Shown here: positions 53,071-63,627 of the stretch, piece after piece
Numbering within the stretch: the first letter of the stretch is position 1
How the letters are laid out: every line of letters starts with the position of its first letter
From: Candidatus Poribacteria bacterium
Lineage (GTDB): Bacteria; Poribacteria; WGA-4E; WGA-3G
Assembly (NCBI GenBank): GCA_963663765.2
Contig: CAXXUA010000005.1
Span: 224,001-288,000 of the forward strand
Direction of reading: 5' to 3'
DNA length: 64,000 bases
Made by a program: the position numbers and the translations under genes
The notes under the pieces: model-generated
Databases searched by the model: none
What the model saw: the letters and a program-made list of their open reading frames with translations, nothing else
What the model was told of the DNA's origin: nothing

Positions 53071-53892
53071 TTACTTTCTGCTCTTTATGTGTGCCCATGT
53101 GGTGCTCAATTTATCATCAGGGTCAACAGCAAATGGTTCTGAAGGTGCTTTAGCCAGACGACTTACCTCATCTGCAGAAATTGCTCGGTGAAACAAAAAA
53201 AACTCATCCATTAGTCCATTGAATACCCAACTGGGTCCTACACCCGCATCAAAAGCAGCTGCTTCTGAACCAATTCCGATAAAACCGAAACGAGACACAG
53301 CTTTCCCGATCATCTGTTCGTTGGTGTCTGTTGGAGCTTCAACATCCAATTCGCCATCAACGTAGATGCGTTTCATTTCAGCATCAAATGTTGCGACAAC
53401 ATGATGCCATTCATCATCAGTGACTTCAACGTTTCCGTGCCAATCTCTGATGGGACAACAGACATCAAATCCAATAAACGTTAGATTACCGAGTACGTCA
53501 TCACCAACACCAAAACGGAAAAACTCACTACGATCCCACGATGCGATCATACCTCTTTGAGCAGTCTTTACCCATACAGCAAGTGTAAGTTCCGGAAAAA
53601 GGTCTGAATAACTGTGATTTCGTACTGAAATATAGTCGGATGCTACACCGGGGAAATCCAAACATTCATTTGCTTGTCCATCGTCGACTATTTTGAGACT
53701 AGCACCTTTGATCAACCCATGATTTTCATTTCCTGAACCATCCAAGATATCTCCATCAACAAGTGTATCAGCGTTAAAACTATAATAGATGATTAATTCA
53801 TCTGTGCTGATCCCTTGCGCGGAGACTGTCAACACAGGTACTGTTAGAAAAAGAGCCAATGTGAATAACTTAAAAACAAAAGAGAATTTCAT
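53071..53892 (-). CDS. Secreted LamG-like (concanavalin A-like) domain protein
   Basis: Signal peptide; YYSF; DGSGNENHG; DDEWHHVVATFD..MKRIYVDG; FNGLMDE; tail DPDDKLSTTWAHIK. Confidence 0.9.
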   Translation of the reverse strand: MKFSFVFKLFTLALFLTVPVLTVSAQGISTDELIIYYSFNADTLVDGDILDGSGNENHGLIKGASLKIVDDGQANECLDFPGVASDYISVRNHSYSDLFPELTLAVWVKTAQRGMIASWDRSEFFRFGVGDDVLGNLTFIGFDVCCPIRDWHGNVEVTDDEWHHVVATFDAEMKRIYVDGELDVEAPTDTNEQMIGKAVSRFGFIGIGSEAAAFDAGVGPSWVFNGLMDEFFLFHRAISADEVSRLAKAPSEPFAVDPDDKLSTTWAHIKSRK

Positions 53893-54100
53893 TTTTAACT
53901 CCTTTAATTCCTTTCAACACCTAATAAAGATGTTAAGGTTTTTCCTATTTGATTGAAGTGCCTTTGTAAAACAATCATGTGTAAATACAATGTAATGAGA
54001 TTAGAGTGTTCTTGATGTTGATTGATTCTACACATCAACGACAATAAACAAAGTTAACTCTCAAATTAACACCTAATTGGTATGTGATTGAATTACACGT

Positions 54101-54925
54101 TTACTTTTTATCTTTAATTTGAGCCCATGTAGTACTCAATTTTCCTGCGGGTTGTACGGAAGTTAGAGGATCTGTCGGGGCAGCAGCGAGACGCGATACC
54201 TCATCTGCAGTAAGTGCCCTATGGTACATTAGGTATTCATCCATCAAACCGTTGAATGCCCAACTAGGACCTACGTTAGCATCAAAAGCAGCAGCTTCTG
54301 AACCAATTCCGATAAAACCGAAACGCGTTATATCCTTTCCGATCATTTGTTCGTTGGTGTCTGTTGGTGCTTCAACATCCAATTCACCATCCACATATAT
54401 GCGTTTCATTTCAGCATCAAAGGTAACAACAACATGATGCCATTCATCGTCCGTAACGACGACGTTTCCATGCCAATCTATGATAGGACAACAGACATCA
54501 AATCCTACAAAGGTCAGATTACCAAGAACATCATCGCCAGCACCAAAGCGGAAAAATTCACTGCGATCCCACGATGAAATCATACCTCTAACACCTGTCT
54601 TAATCCATACAGCGATACTCAGTTCTGGGAAAAGAGTGGAATAACTTAGATTCCGTACTGAAATATAGTCTGATGCAGTACCAGGGAACTGTATGCACTC
54701 CTTAACTTTGCCATCATCCACAATATTAAGATTGGTGCCTTTTAGCAGCCCATGATTCTCATTTCCGGATCCATCTATGATTTCTCCATCAACAAGTGAG
54801 TTCGCATTAAAACTATAATAGAGCATTAACTCATCTGCGCTGACCCCTTGCGCGGAAACTGTCAACACCGGTACTGTTAGAAATAGTGAAAGAATTATTA
54901 GTTGAAAAATAAAAGCCGTTTTCAT
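54101..54925 (-). CDS. Secreted LamG-like domain protein (paralog)
   Basis: Same motifs; tail VQPAGKLSTTWAQIK; ATG at 54925 follows SD AGGAG. Confidence 0.9.
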   Translation of the reverse strand: MKTAFIFQLIILSLFLTVPVLTVSAQGVSADELMLYYSFNANSLVDGEIIDGSGNENHGLLKGTNLNIVDDGKVKECIQFPGTASDYISVRNLSYSTLFPELSIAVWIKTGVRGMISSWDRSEFFRFGAGDDVLGNLTFVGFDVCCPIIDWHGNVVVTDDEWHHVVVTFDAEMKRIYVDGELDVEAPTDTNEQMIGKDITRFGFIGIGSEAAAFDANVGPSWAFNGLMDEYLMYHRALTADEVSRLAAAPTDPLTSVQPAGKLSTTWAQIKDKK

Positions 54926-55079
54926 TATAGTTCTCCTGTATGAAATATACAACCTATCTCGTAAATGGTTGGAGGGGGTTCTAACCCCGATTCACCAGAC
55001 ACACGTTCTGGTGAATCGGAACAAAATCACATGAATGAGATACACTGTAGTTTTTATTAGCGCGAAAATTACAGTCAGA

Positions 55080-55916
55080 CTATGTATATCCACCTACTCC
55101 TAACAAAATCCGATCTTCTTCATCAGCGTCTTTGAGAACGGTTTGAGTTAACCCATCTTCAGGTGGAACACCTCCGTGTGGTGACTTTCGTAACCACGTT
55201 GGTGTGTAACTTAAAATTAACAATCTCCGCTTTGAGCGAAGGGTTGGCAAAGCACGATGCCAGAGATTACCGTGAATAAGTAATGCATCTCCAGCTTTTA
55301 CATAGAGTTTAACTTCACCATCTATTGGTTGGTATTTATCCGGTGTTGCTTTGTCTAACCAGTTGTGAGAACCGGGGACAATCGCAACAGCACCGGTATC
55401 TGCGTTTAAATCATCAAGATAAATCAAGCAATCAACACTGTGTGGACGCGAGAACCAAGGTGGTAATGGGTTTGAGATGACCCGCAAGTGTTGATGCCAT
55501 GGTGTTTGGTGTTGTCTGTCGTCGCCAGGGTAACTAATTCGCGCACTTAATGCTCTTAATCTGACCAGTGGTCCCATCATTGCGCGTGCAATTGAAAGCA
55601 CAGGTTGAAATTTTAGAAGTTCAAGGAACACTTCATCTTTATCCATCAGGTGACGTGGTATGAACCCCCATCCACGTTTTGAAGAAATCGCCTTATCACG
55701 TTTTTCCCATTCACGTTCTTCTAATCTATCAAGCGCATCTCTTAGTTTTTGCAGGTGTTCTCCTTGAAAGAGACCTTCACGTATTAGGTATCCTGTTTCA
55801 GCAAAGGTTTCTAACTCAGTGGTGGTTGCATGTACATCCACATCCCAGTGTTGCTTATTTTCTCTGGGGTTAAGCACATTTAATACTTCATAGTGCAGTG
55901 TGTGATTGTTAATCAT
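55080..55916 (-). CDS. PhyH family dioxygenase
   Basis: FAETGYLI; WHQH; YLDDL..DTGAVAIVPGSH; AGDALLIHGNLWH...R. Confidence 0.88.
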   Translation of the reverse strand: MINNHTLHYEVLNVLNPRENKQHWDVDVHATTTELETFAETGYLIREGLFQGEHLQKLRDALDRLEEREWEKRDKAISSKRGWGFIPRHLMDKDEVFLELLKFQPVLSIARAMMGPLVRLRALSARISYPGDDRQHQTPWHQHLRVISNPLPPWFSRPHSVDCLIYLDDLNADTGAVAIVPGSHNWLDKATPDKYQPIDGEVKLYVKAGDALLIHGNLWHRALPTLRSKRRLLILSYTPTWLRKSPHGGVPPEDGLTQTVLKDADEEDRILLGVGGYT

Positions 55917-56314
55917 TTCTTAGAAGCCTTCCATTTTCCAAAATCATCTTGAGAAAACGTGAATTCAGCAATCCCTTCAAAATCGCCATCTACATACGAC
56001 GTCACACCCAAGACTTTCCCAAGTCCCGTAACGCTACCACTAACTTTAATCTTCGCGGGCCAATACTGGCGTTCTTTGTTGTATTTACCCCATTCCTCTA
56101 TTTTTACTGTCTTTATTTTTATATCCTTAATCCCAAAAATCTTTACATCATCTGAGTTTTTTACCCAAGCAAGTGGTACATTTTTACCAAGTTTTTCTTC
56201 TACAAGTTTCTTTACATCAACTTCACTCGGTTTTTGTGCGGAACACCCAATAAATAACGTGAGCATATAAAAAATCGTAATTGATAGTGTAAGAAATTTA
56301 TATATTGGTTTCAA
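55913..56314 (-). CDS. Hypothetical lipoprotein
   Basis: Lipobox FIGC; SD AGGAG before TTG. Confidence 0.7.
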   Translation of the reverse strand: MKPIYKFLTLSITIFYMLTLFIGCSAQKPSEVDVKKLVEEKLGKNVPLAWVKNSDDVKIFGIKDIKIKTVKIEEWGKYNKERQYWPAKIKVSGSVTGLGKVLGVTSYVDGDFEGIAEFTFSQDDFGKWKASKK

Positions 56315-56417
56315 GTTATTATTCTCCTAATAGATGGTATGTTAGAATGTTATTATTAAAGTATTTTTATTGAAGGAACTTGTTTTACTTTAGTAAAAAT
56401 TATATCCGAATATGACG

Positions 56418-57203
56418 TTATTTCAGATATTTTCCTGGAATACGTGAACCGGGGAATTGTCCGTTTTCATCACGATTTACGATAGGTTCTGGTATTTCGG
56501 CTTTCCAGTAGTCGGGAACTGTATTCGGTCGACTGTGCCACGCCAATATTAACGTGCGGCGTTCGTCAGTCTGATTTCTATGTGTGGCGTGTAACAGACG
56601 TGCATCTGCCATTACCAACGAACCTGCTTTGGCACACACACTCACCTGATCAGGATGGTCACAGAACATTACGGGATGGTCTTTCTCAATAAAACGCGCG
56701 CCTTGTTCATGTGCAGGTACAAGTATGTTATGCAAATCGCTTCGTTTTAAATGTGAGCCGGGAATCACTTTCAAACATCCATTTTCAGGTGTAGTATCTG
56801 TAAGATAGTAATTGAGAAAGATAGTTTGGGGCCACGGGGAACAACTGAGCGGATCATTCCAACGCATCCAATCTTGATGCCAATAAAGAGGTGGACCACC
56901 GGGTTCTTTTGTTAAGATGATGATACCGCCAGATGCAGCAAAATCTCCAAAACCGAGTTGTTCTAACACATCACGTGACGGTTTCCATTCCAACAACTTC
57001 TGAATATGCGGATTATTTGCACCATGCACATTCACATGTTGCCCTTGGTAGATCATCTCCTTAGGTTCAACATGTCCAGCGATTAGACGTTCCGTTTCAT
57101 CGTGCAATTCCTGCAGGAAATCTTCTGATAAGACATCATCAACAGCACAGAAGCCATCCTCCAGCATCTGATTACGTTTTTGCAAGGCTACTTCGCGATT
57201 CAT
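56418..57203 (-). CDS. PhyH family dioxygenase
   Basis: WHQD; YLTDTTPENGCLKVIPGSH; AGSLVMAD.RLLH...R. Confidence 0.9.
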   Translation of the reverse strand: MNREVALQKRNQMLEDGFCAVDDVLSEDFLQELHDETERLIAGHVEPKEMIYQGQHVNVHGANNPHIQKLLEWKPSRDVLEQLGFGDFAASGGIIILTKEPGGPPLYWHQDWMRWNDPLSCSPWPQTIFLNYYLTDTTPENGCLKVIPGSHLKRSDLHNILVPAHEQGARFIEKDHPVMFCDHPDQVSVCAKAGSLVMADARLLHATHRNQTDERRTLILAWHSRPNTVPDYWKAEIPEPIVNRDENGQFPGSRIPGKYLK

Positions 57204-57354
57204 GCAATATCCCTCTCAGTGAAATACAATTATTTCTATTTTACAAAATTATTTATATCAAGTCAACTATTTTTATCAATTAAACCAGAAAAATATCTGT
57301 CTTGAATTCCTTTCTACACTATGCTATACTTTCCAAAAAGGAGACATCCATTCT

Positions 57355-58113
57355 ATGGTTACCCAAAAAGATATTCAAGCCACTTGTGACGACATCGTGC
57401 GTGAATTCTCGCCGCTTCAAGTCGTTCTGTTTGGGTCTTATGCGTATGGTAACCCAACAGAACACTCGGATGTTGATTTGCTGGTCGTGATGGATATTCC
57501 AGAATCTGAGACAAGTCGTCAAGCAGCAGAGATTTGGAAACGTATTCCACGACGGTTTAGTATCGATCTGCTGGTACGTTCGCAAGAAGAAATCGCATTT
57601 CGTATTTCTCATAACGACTGGTTTCTTCGAGAAATTACCGAAAAAGGTAAAGTCCTCTTTGGAAATTATTGTTTTTCTAATCAACCTGTCAAGACGGTAA
57701 AGGACGGTATGAATCCAATAACACTCGAATGGATAGAAAAAGCTGAAGGCGATTACACCACAGTAATGTTGTTACAGCAGAGTCCAATAGCAAGCAAAGA
57801 TGTCATTTGCTTTCATGCACAACAGTGTATAGAAAAATATTTAAAAGCATGGTTACAAGAAGCAAATATACAGGTTCCAAGAACCCATAACTTAGAGGAA
57901 TTGCTGAGCTTAATTGTTTCAACAATACCCGCTTGGAATTCTTGGGAAGCGGATTTTTCAACACTGTCATACCATGCTGTAGACTTTCGCTATCCCGGTA
58001 AGTCAGCAACAGAAGAAAACGCAACGCATGCAGTGAAAACCTGTAATATGGTTCGGAAAGCGATAAGAACTAAATTAAAACTACCTGATAACGAAACAGA
58101 TTCAATGGTATAA
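57355..58113 (+). CDS. MNT-HEPN fusion protein
   Basis: N-terminal LFGSYAYGNPTEHSDVDLL; C-terminal WIEKAEGD, FHAQQCIEKYLKA, RTHNL, FRYPG. Confidence 0.88.
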   Translation: MVTQKDIQATCDDIVREFSPLQVVLFGSYAYGNPTEHSDVDLLVVMDIPESETSRQAAEIWKRIPRRFSIDLLVRSQEEIAFRISHNDWFLREITEKGKVLFGNYCFSNQPVKTVKDGMNPITLEWIEKAEGDYTTVMLLQQSPIASKDVICFHAQQCIEKYLKAWLQEANIQVPRTHNLEELLSLIVSTIPAWNSWEADFSTLSYHAVDFRYPGKSATEENATHAVKTCNMVRKAIRTKLKLPDNETDSMV

Positions 58114-58119
58114 GAAGGT

Positions 58120-59031
58120 ATGCCTACAAGAAAGAGAGGAAAAATGGAACGTACTCTACTTATTCATCCAGACACACCTGATATTGATAAAGAACACGGT
58201 TTTTCTAACATCAACGGACCATCGCTTGTTCGTGTACCTGAATGGGTAGACGAACCGTTAGGTAAATACTATCTCTATTTTGCTCATCATCGTGGTGCAT
58301 ATATCCGTTTAGCTTATGCAGATGAGTTTGAAGGTCCCTACTCAATTTATCAACCTGGTGCATTGCATCGTGATACGACTGTTTTCAAAGGATGTGATCA
58401 CATCGCTTCACCAGATGTTCATATAGATGAAGATAACAAACGCTTCATAATGTATTTTCACGGAAATTACCGCGGTGGACAAGCAACCTGTTGGGCAACC
58501 TCACCGGATGGCATCAATTATACAGCAACGCAGACATTGGAGAAACAGCAAGGACCCTATTTTCGTGTTTTTTGGTGGCAGGGTCTCCCTTATGCAACGA
58601 ATCACAACATGCTGAATCGAGGTAGAACACCTGAATGGACGACAGCTTTTGATAGACGTGAAACTCCCCTGTTTCCAGGTAAAGGCAGAGATGGAACACC
58701 CCGCCATACTGCAAATCATCTTGTTGGCGACACTTTGACCGTCTATTACTCACTATATGGAGATACTCCAGAACGTATCCTAAAAAGCACTGTGCAACTA
58801 ACGGAAGATTGGAATGAGTGGCATCCATCTACACCGACAGAGGTTATCGCACCAAAGTATGATTTTGAAGGTGTAGATATTCCGATTGTGCCATCAACAA
58901 ACGGACTTGACAGAGTACCCGTGCATCAACTTCGCGACCCAGAAATCTATTGCGAAGGTGAAGATCTTTGGCTTCTTTACTCTGTAGCGGGTGAACAAGG
59001 GATTGCAATTACGAAACTTTCTCCTAAATAA
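58120..59031 (+). CDS. Five-bladed beta-propeller glycoside hydrolase-like protein
   Basis: NINGPSL; GKYYLYFAHH; HIASPDV; QLRDP; LLYSVAGE.GIA. Confidence 0.75.
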   Translation: MPTRKRGKMERTLLIHPDTPDIDKEHGFSNINGPSLVRVPEWVDEPLGKYYLYFAHHRGAYIRLAYADEFEGPYSIYQPGALHRDTTVFKGCDHIASPDVHIDEDNKRFIMYFHGNYRGGQATCWATSPDGINYTATQTLEKQQGPYFRVFWWQGLPYATNHNMLNRGRTPEWTTAFDRRETPLFPGKGRDGTPRHTANHLVGDTLTVYYSLYGDTPERILKSTVQLTEDWNEWHPSTPTEVIAPKYDFEGVDIPIVPSTNGLDRVPVHQLRDPEIYCEGEDLWLLYSVAGEQGIAITKLSPK

Positions 59032-59125
59032 CCTATGTTGCTACATAGTAGCATAATCATTTAGATTGTGCATGTGAGTGCGCAAACTGACAGTGGACAG
59101 TACATAATCTTGTGAAAATCAATTC

Positions 59126-59748
59126 TTAAGTGCTATGGGTAATCCTTGTAGAATTTTCTGCTTCTAACTCAACAAATCTGTAGATCTGTCGTAGAGAAAA
59201 ATCCGCATCAACGGATTTCAACATGAGGTCATTTTCAAGATGAGGTCATTTTCAAGAGAAGTGATTTCACTTAACTGCCATAACATCCCTTGACGCGTAT
59301 AGTGTTCAACTCTCACTTGATCCTGTGAAATAAGTACATAGTCTTGCAATGATATTAATTGACGATACCGTCTAAATTTCTCGCCTTTGTCATACGCCTC
59401 CGTAGATTAAGAAAGCACTTCTATAAGGACTAATGGATTAATTAGAGTGTCAAATTCACTATCTTCAAAGCGGGGTTTTTCACAGACAACAGATATATTT
59501 GGATAAAAGTAAGATTCTCCTGCATTAATTCCAACACGCATGTCACTCGTAAAAACTCTACATCCCCGCTCTACTAACTGATTGTAAAGTCCGTTTGCAG
59601 TATTCATCGTGATAAGATTATGCGCCATACTTGCACCGGACATAGCAACAATCTCTCCGCTCAGATATTCGCTTTTGACCGTTGCCTTACGCTCTGCGGT
59701 GATGTATTCCTTGGGAGTCAAAAAGGTTTGTGCTGCAATTGATGACAT
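59126..59748 (-). pseudogene. Uma2 family (DUF820) endonuclease with an in-frame stop and a 17-bp duplication
   Basis: KSEYLSGEIVAMSGAS..H and IEVLS, then TAA (59409-59407), then STEAYDKGEKF..Y...LQDYVLISQD in the same frame. tgaggtcattttcaaga occurs twice (59224-59257). Confidence 0.88.
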
Positions 59749-59791
59749 TTGTGTTTCCTATGGGTGGATTTAATGATATATGTTCTGTCCA

Positions 59792-59931
59792 CTTATAGTG
59801 GATTTTAGAATTATTTTTACACTTTCAGGTGTAGGAGGGAACTCCGATTCCCGACTATCAAGGCGTTCAGTCGCGATTCGGAGATCGCTCCTACAGAAAA
59901 AGTGTAAACTTAATTGTATATTTCACTATAA
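59792..59931. repeat. Nested inverted-repeat cassette around a GTAG-type REP
   Basis: ttatagtg...[tttacacttt [gtaggag...ctcctac] aaagtgtaaa]...cactataa. Confidence 0.75.
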
Positions 59932-60017
59932 TACCACAATATTCTATCAAGTAAAATGTTAATTGTAATAATAACACTTTGCCTGATAGATTGCAACAGA
60001 ACTTTACCAGGGGCAGT

Positions 60018-60205
60018 GTAAAGATTTTGTCACCCTTTTCGTCAGAATCGCGGATTACACGGATTTCTCGGAAAAGAATTATACATCTGTATTCCATAAA
60101 TAGCATTTATTCTATTCATACAACCCTATGCTGGTGTCTTATTCGCGTAATCTGTGTATTCGGCGTAATCGGTGATTCTGATAATAAGAGTGACAAAATC
60201 TTTAC
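60018..60205. repeat. Inverted-repeat-bounded element enclosing GGATT/AATCC units
   Basis: gtaaagattttgtcac ... gtgacaaaatctttac (16-bp perfect IR); inner tcagaatc / gattctga. Confidence 0.75.
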
Positions 60206-60247
60206 ATACCCCAACTAATGAATTTGATTAGACTGCTGAAATTGCTT

Positions 60248-61402
60248 CTATTCAGGTGCAAGGGAACGAATCCAATTAACCGTTTTGATGACTTCTTCAG
60301 CGACAATGTCAACCTCATCTACAGTATTGTAACGACCTAAACCAAAACGCACAGCAGTCACCGCTAACTCCTTCGCAACACCCATTGCGACTAAGACATG
60401 GGACGCATTTACCGATTCTGAATTACATGCAGATCCTGTTGATACAGCAACATTCTTTAGTCCCATCAATAAAGCGAAACTTTGCACACCTACGAAACAG
60501 AGGTTTAGGTTACCAGATAGACGTTTCTCTGGATGACCGTTGAGGTGAATGTCGGTTAGTTTGGAAGTTAATTTCTGGTGAAGTGCATCACGCAACGGTG
60601 CTACAACATTCTCCTCTGTTTGCATTTTCATTGCTGTTTGACATACCTCACATGCAGCACCTAATCCGACAATACCTGCTACATTTAAGGTGCCAGGACG
60701 AATCCCATCCTCCTGACCACCCCCATAGAATAGTGGGTCTACACACTTTCCATCCCTTATGTATAGTGCACCGACACCCTTCGGTCCATTGATCTTGTGC
60801 GCAGTAATAGATGCCATATCAAGTCCTAACGCATCCATGTTGGATTCAAGTTTACCTATACCTTGCACTGCATCCGAATGCAAAAAAACACTATGTTTTT
60901 TTGCAATATCAGCAATCTCACGTATCGGATTGATAGTACCTACCTCGTTATTTGCATACATGAAACTCAGCAAAATAGTCTTTGACGTGATAGCAGATTC
61001 AACATCGTCAGGATTCACCATACCGTATCTATCTACCGATAAATACGTGATCTCAAAACCTTCTTTTTCTAAGATGTGACATGTGTCAAGCACTGCATGA
61101 TGTTCTGCTGTGCTTGTAATAATGTGATTTCCTTTATTCTTGTTTGCGTAGGCTGCTCCTTTTATAGCAAGGTTGTCCGATTCAGTTGCTCCACTTGTGA
61201 AGATTATCTCTTTCGGTGTGCAACCAAGTAAGTTTGAAACCTGCTGCCGCGCTTTATCAATAGCATCTTTTGCTACAATTCCAAACTTATGTGTACTGGC
61301 AGCATTCCCAAAGTGTGTCGTTAGATATGGCATCATTGCATCTAACACTTCTGCAGCGATAGGTGTTGTTGCGTGGTTGTCCATGTATATCTGATTTTTC
61401 AC
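60248..61402 (-). CDS. iscS: Cysteine desulfurase IscS/NifS
   Basis: YMDNHATTP; FTSGATESDN; ANNEVG; HSDAVQ; AHKINGPKG; STGSAC. Confidence 0.93.
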   Translation of the reverse strand: MKNQIYMDNHATTPIAAEVLDAMMPYLTTHFGNAASTHKFGIVAKDAIDKARQQVSNLLGCTPKEIIFTSGATESDNLAIKGAAYANKNKGNHIITSTAEHHAVLDTCHILEKEGFEITYLSVDRYGMVNPDDVESAITSKTILLSFMYANNEVGTINPIREIADIAKKHSVFLHSDAVQGIGKLESNMDALGLDMASITAHKINGPKGVGALYIRDGKCVDPLFYGGGQEDGIRPGTLNVAGIVGLGAACEVCQTAMKMQTEENVVAPLRDALHQKLTSKLTDIHLNGHPEKRLSGNLNLCFVGVQSFALLMGLKNVAVSTGSACNSESVNASHVLVAMGVAKELAVTAVRFGLGRYNTVDEVDIVAEEVIKTVNWIRSLAPE

Positions 61403-61423
61403 GATGGCTGCCCCTTTATTTTC

Positions 61424-62461
61424 CTACAGACGTTCTCTGAACTTATCCATCATTCCGTCTGGCGGGTCAAACGGCAATTCAACTACGGTGTTCGTTAGTC
61501 CGCTATGATAGATACCAAGAAGTAAATTGAATTCTGCAAGTGATTGTGGTAGATGTGTCGGATGTACTTTGCTTTCATCGTCAAGCCAATCGAACATAGC
61601 TTCAGTAAGATTAGTTTGAGCAACTGCATTTTGGCCGCCGTAACTCAGACCACCAGATTCATAGCCACTTTCGGGGGTATAACGTTCCCAACTTTCAAAC
61701 CGCCAGTGTACAAATCCTTTTTCACCAAAGACACAGACGCGTTTGTGCTGGTTATTGCCTGTATTGGGATTAACACGTGGTGCCATCTCCGGCCCGAAAG
61801 CAACGGAAACTTGCACGCCGTTTTCATAAGTGACTATACCTGTTGCATTAGCGGGTGAGGGTTGTGCACCATCTAAATTACTGGCACCCGCAATTTGTCC
61901 CAATACTTTTACCGGTCGCGAATTGTCTATATAAGATGAAACTAATTGAAGAACATGGGGTGCTTGATCAACAGGAGGGTTGCGTGCACTTGCTTCAATA
62001 AATTTTATCGCACCGATTTTGCCTTCTGCAACATCCCGTTTCAGTTCAAGGTTTTTGGGATGGAAATTCAGTTGTGTGTTGATTGCAATTTTTGATTTTG
62101 TGCGTTTGGAAAGTTCGTGGATTTGCCGCCAGTCTTCACTCTCAACCGCAATCGGCTTTTCAATCACTACAGCAGGAACACCGTGCTCAGATGCCTGATT
62201 TAGCAGGGGATACCGAATCCGTTCATTGCTACCACGCATCACAGGTGCAGTGACGATATGCAATAGATCTGGTTTCTCTTTGTTGAGCATTTCATCAAGG
62301 TCGGTGTAACGAGAATCAACACCAAATTCTTCACCAAATCCATTCAGAAGGTCTTCCTTCATATCACAGATAGCAGCGAGTTTTCCGCCTTTTACATTTT
62401 CATACGCGCGGGCATGGGCGCGAGCGCGACCACGACATCCTAAAATGGCACATTTATACAT
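61424..62461 (-). CDS. Gfo/Idh/MocA family oxidoreductase
   Basis: AILGCRG; AICD; YTDLDEML..EKPD; IEKP. Confidence 0.88.
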   Translation of the reverse strand: MYKCAILGCRGRARAHARAYENVKGGKLAAICDMKEDLLNGFGEEFGVDSRYTDLDEMLNKEKPDLLHIVTAPVMRGSNERIRYPLLNQASEHGVPAVVIEKPIAVESEDWRQIHELSKRTKSKIAINTQLNFHPKNLELKRDVAEGKIGAIKFIEASARNPPVDQAPHVLQLVSSYIDNSRPVKVLGQIAGASNLDGAQPSPANATGIVTYENGVQVSVAFGPEMAPRVNPNTGNNQHKRVCVFGEKGFVHWRFESWERYTPESGYESGGLSYGGQNAVAQTNLTEAMFDWLDDESKVHPTHLPQSLAEFNLLLGIYHSGLTNTVVELPFDPPDGMMDKFRERL

Positions 62462-62635
62462 AGAATTCTCCTTAATATACTTATATTCAGAGGTAGAATA
62501 TTCATTAAAAACTTCAATTAGTCTTGATTGATATTATATGAACAATACAAAATAAAATCAAATTATAATGAGAATTGAGAATGTGTAAAGTTCTTACAGC
62601 AACTCTGCAAAAAATCCAAATATACATTAAACTTA

Positions 62636-63135
62636 TTGGAAATCCCAATAACCAAACACAAAAAACTGCTATGTCCTTACACACACATAATGAATAATAT
62701 AACCTAAGTTGCTAACTACAAGATTTTAAACATGTAAATAACTTTTTTATGGTGAAATCCAAAAATATGTCTACACGCCCTGGTAGGTGAGGTCTCTAAC
62801 CAATGCAGAATACCATACGCGTGTTCTCCTGATTTATACAGGTTCGGTTACGATACCGAACCATAAGCGTCAATTTAAGAACAGGACTTACGCACCCAAC
62901 GGTAGGCGCGCTTTGATGAAGATTAATTTATTAATTCGGTAATAAATATTTCTCACACGGTTGGTGTGCTTTGTAAGTGAGCACCAATGGTAGGCGGGCT
63001 TTGTAAGCGCGCTGTTTGGAATTGATGTGCCAGCGCACTTACAAAGCCCGCCTACCAGGGTTGGTTAGATAGAATTACCTCATTTATTTATCTTCATAAT
63101 GGCATTCATACCTTTGATTTAAAGGTCGCTCCTAC
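62636..63135. repeat. Intergenic mosaic of repeat modules shared with 1994-2127 and 32309-32680
   Basis: ttggaaatcccaataa; taagttgcta.ctacaagattttaa.catgtaaata; inverted copy of 1994-2127; caggacttacgcacccaacggtag; ggtaggcgggctttgtaag...cttacaaagcccgcctacc hairpin. Confidence 0.8.
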
Positions 63136-63496
63136 AAAAGAAGGTCATTCATCTGAAAATAACTTATGAATTCCGAAATGACACAATATGAGTAAGAAAT
63201 GGTATAACAAATCCAGAGTAAAAACACACAACAAAAAACGATAAAAAATACATTTAGTTGTTTTTTTCAAAATTTCGCAAATTTATTAAACCCATACCAC
63301 GACAAGATCGAGAACACTTATAAAAAAATACAAAAAACACGAAAAAAACAACTAAAAAATTCCACGATTGGGACAGGACTCTCAATTTGAAGCATGCCCT
63401 GCCTACAGAAAAAGAGAAAATTGGGGTTGAAAACGTCTACTTCAAGAGTGTATTTCAACAATTCAATGCCTCTGAAGAAAGGGTGTGAAAATAGGA

Positions 63497-63525
63497 TTGA
63501 CACACTCCTATAAATATGCTAAAAT
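63497..63525 (+). promoter_or_regulatory. Sigma70 promoter upstream of htrA
   Basis: TTGACA-17 nt-TAAAAT with extended TGn. Confidence 0.65.
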
Positions 63526-63627
63526 TTATGATAAAAATAAACTCAAAGAATGTGGTTAATATTGAGCAATACTCTCAATTTGTCCACAAAATATATACAA
63601 ACATACAATAGTTATAGAGGTATCCAA

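Noticed and set aside
59780-60218. ORFs 59780-59962, 59891-60106 and 59979-60218
   Set aside because: They overlap inverted-repeat cassettes and show no coding signature.
62470-63620. AT-rich long intergenic region as a replication origin
   Set aside because: Only one near-match DnaA box (TTGTCCACA at about 63580), no box cluster and no dnaA or dnaN context.
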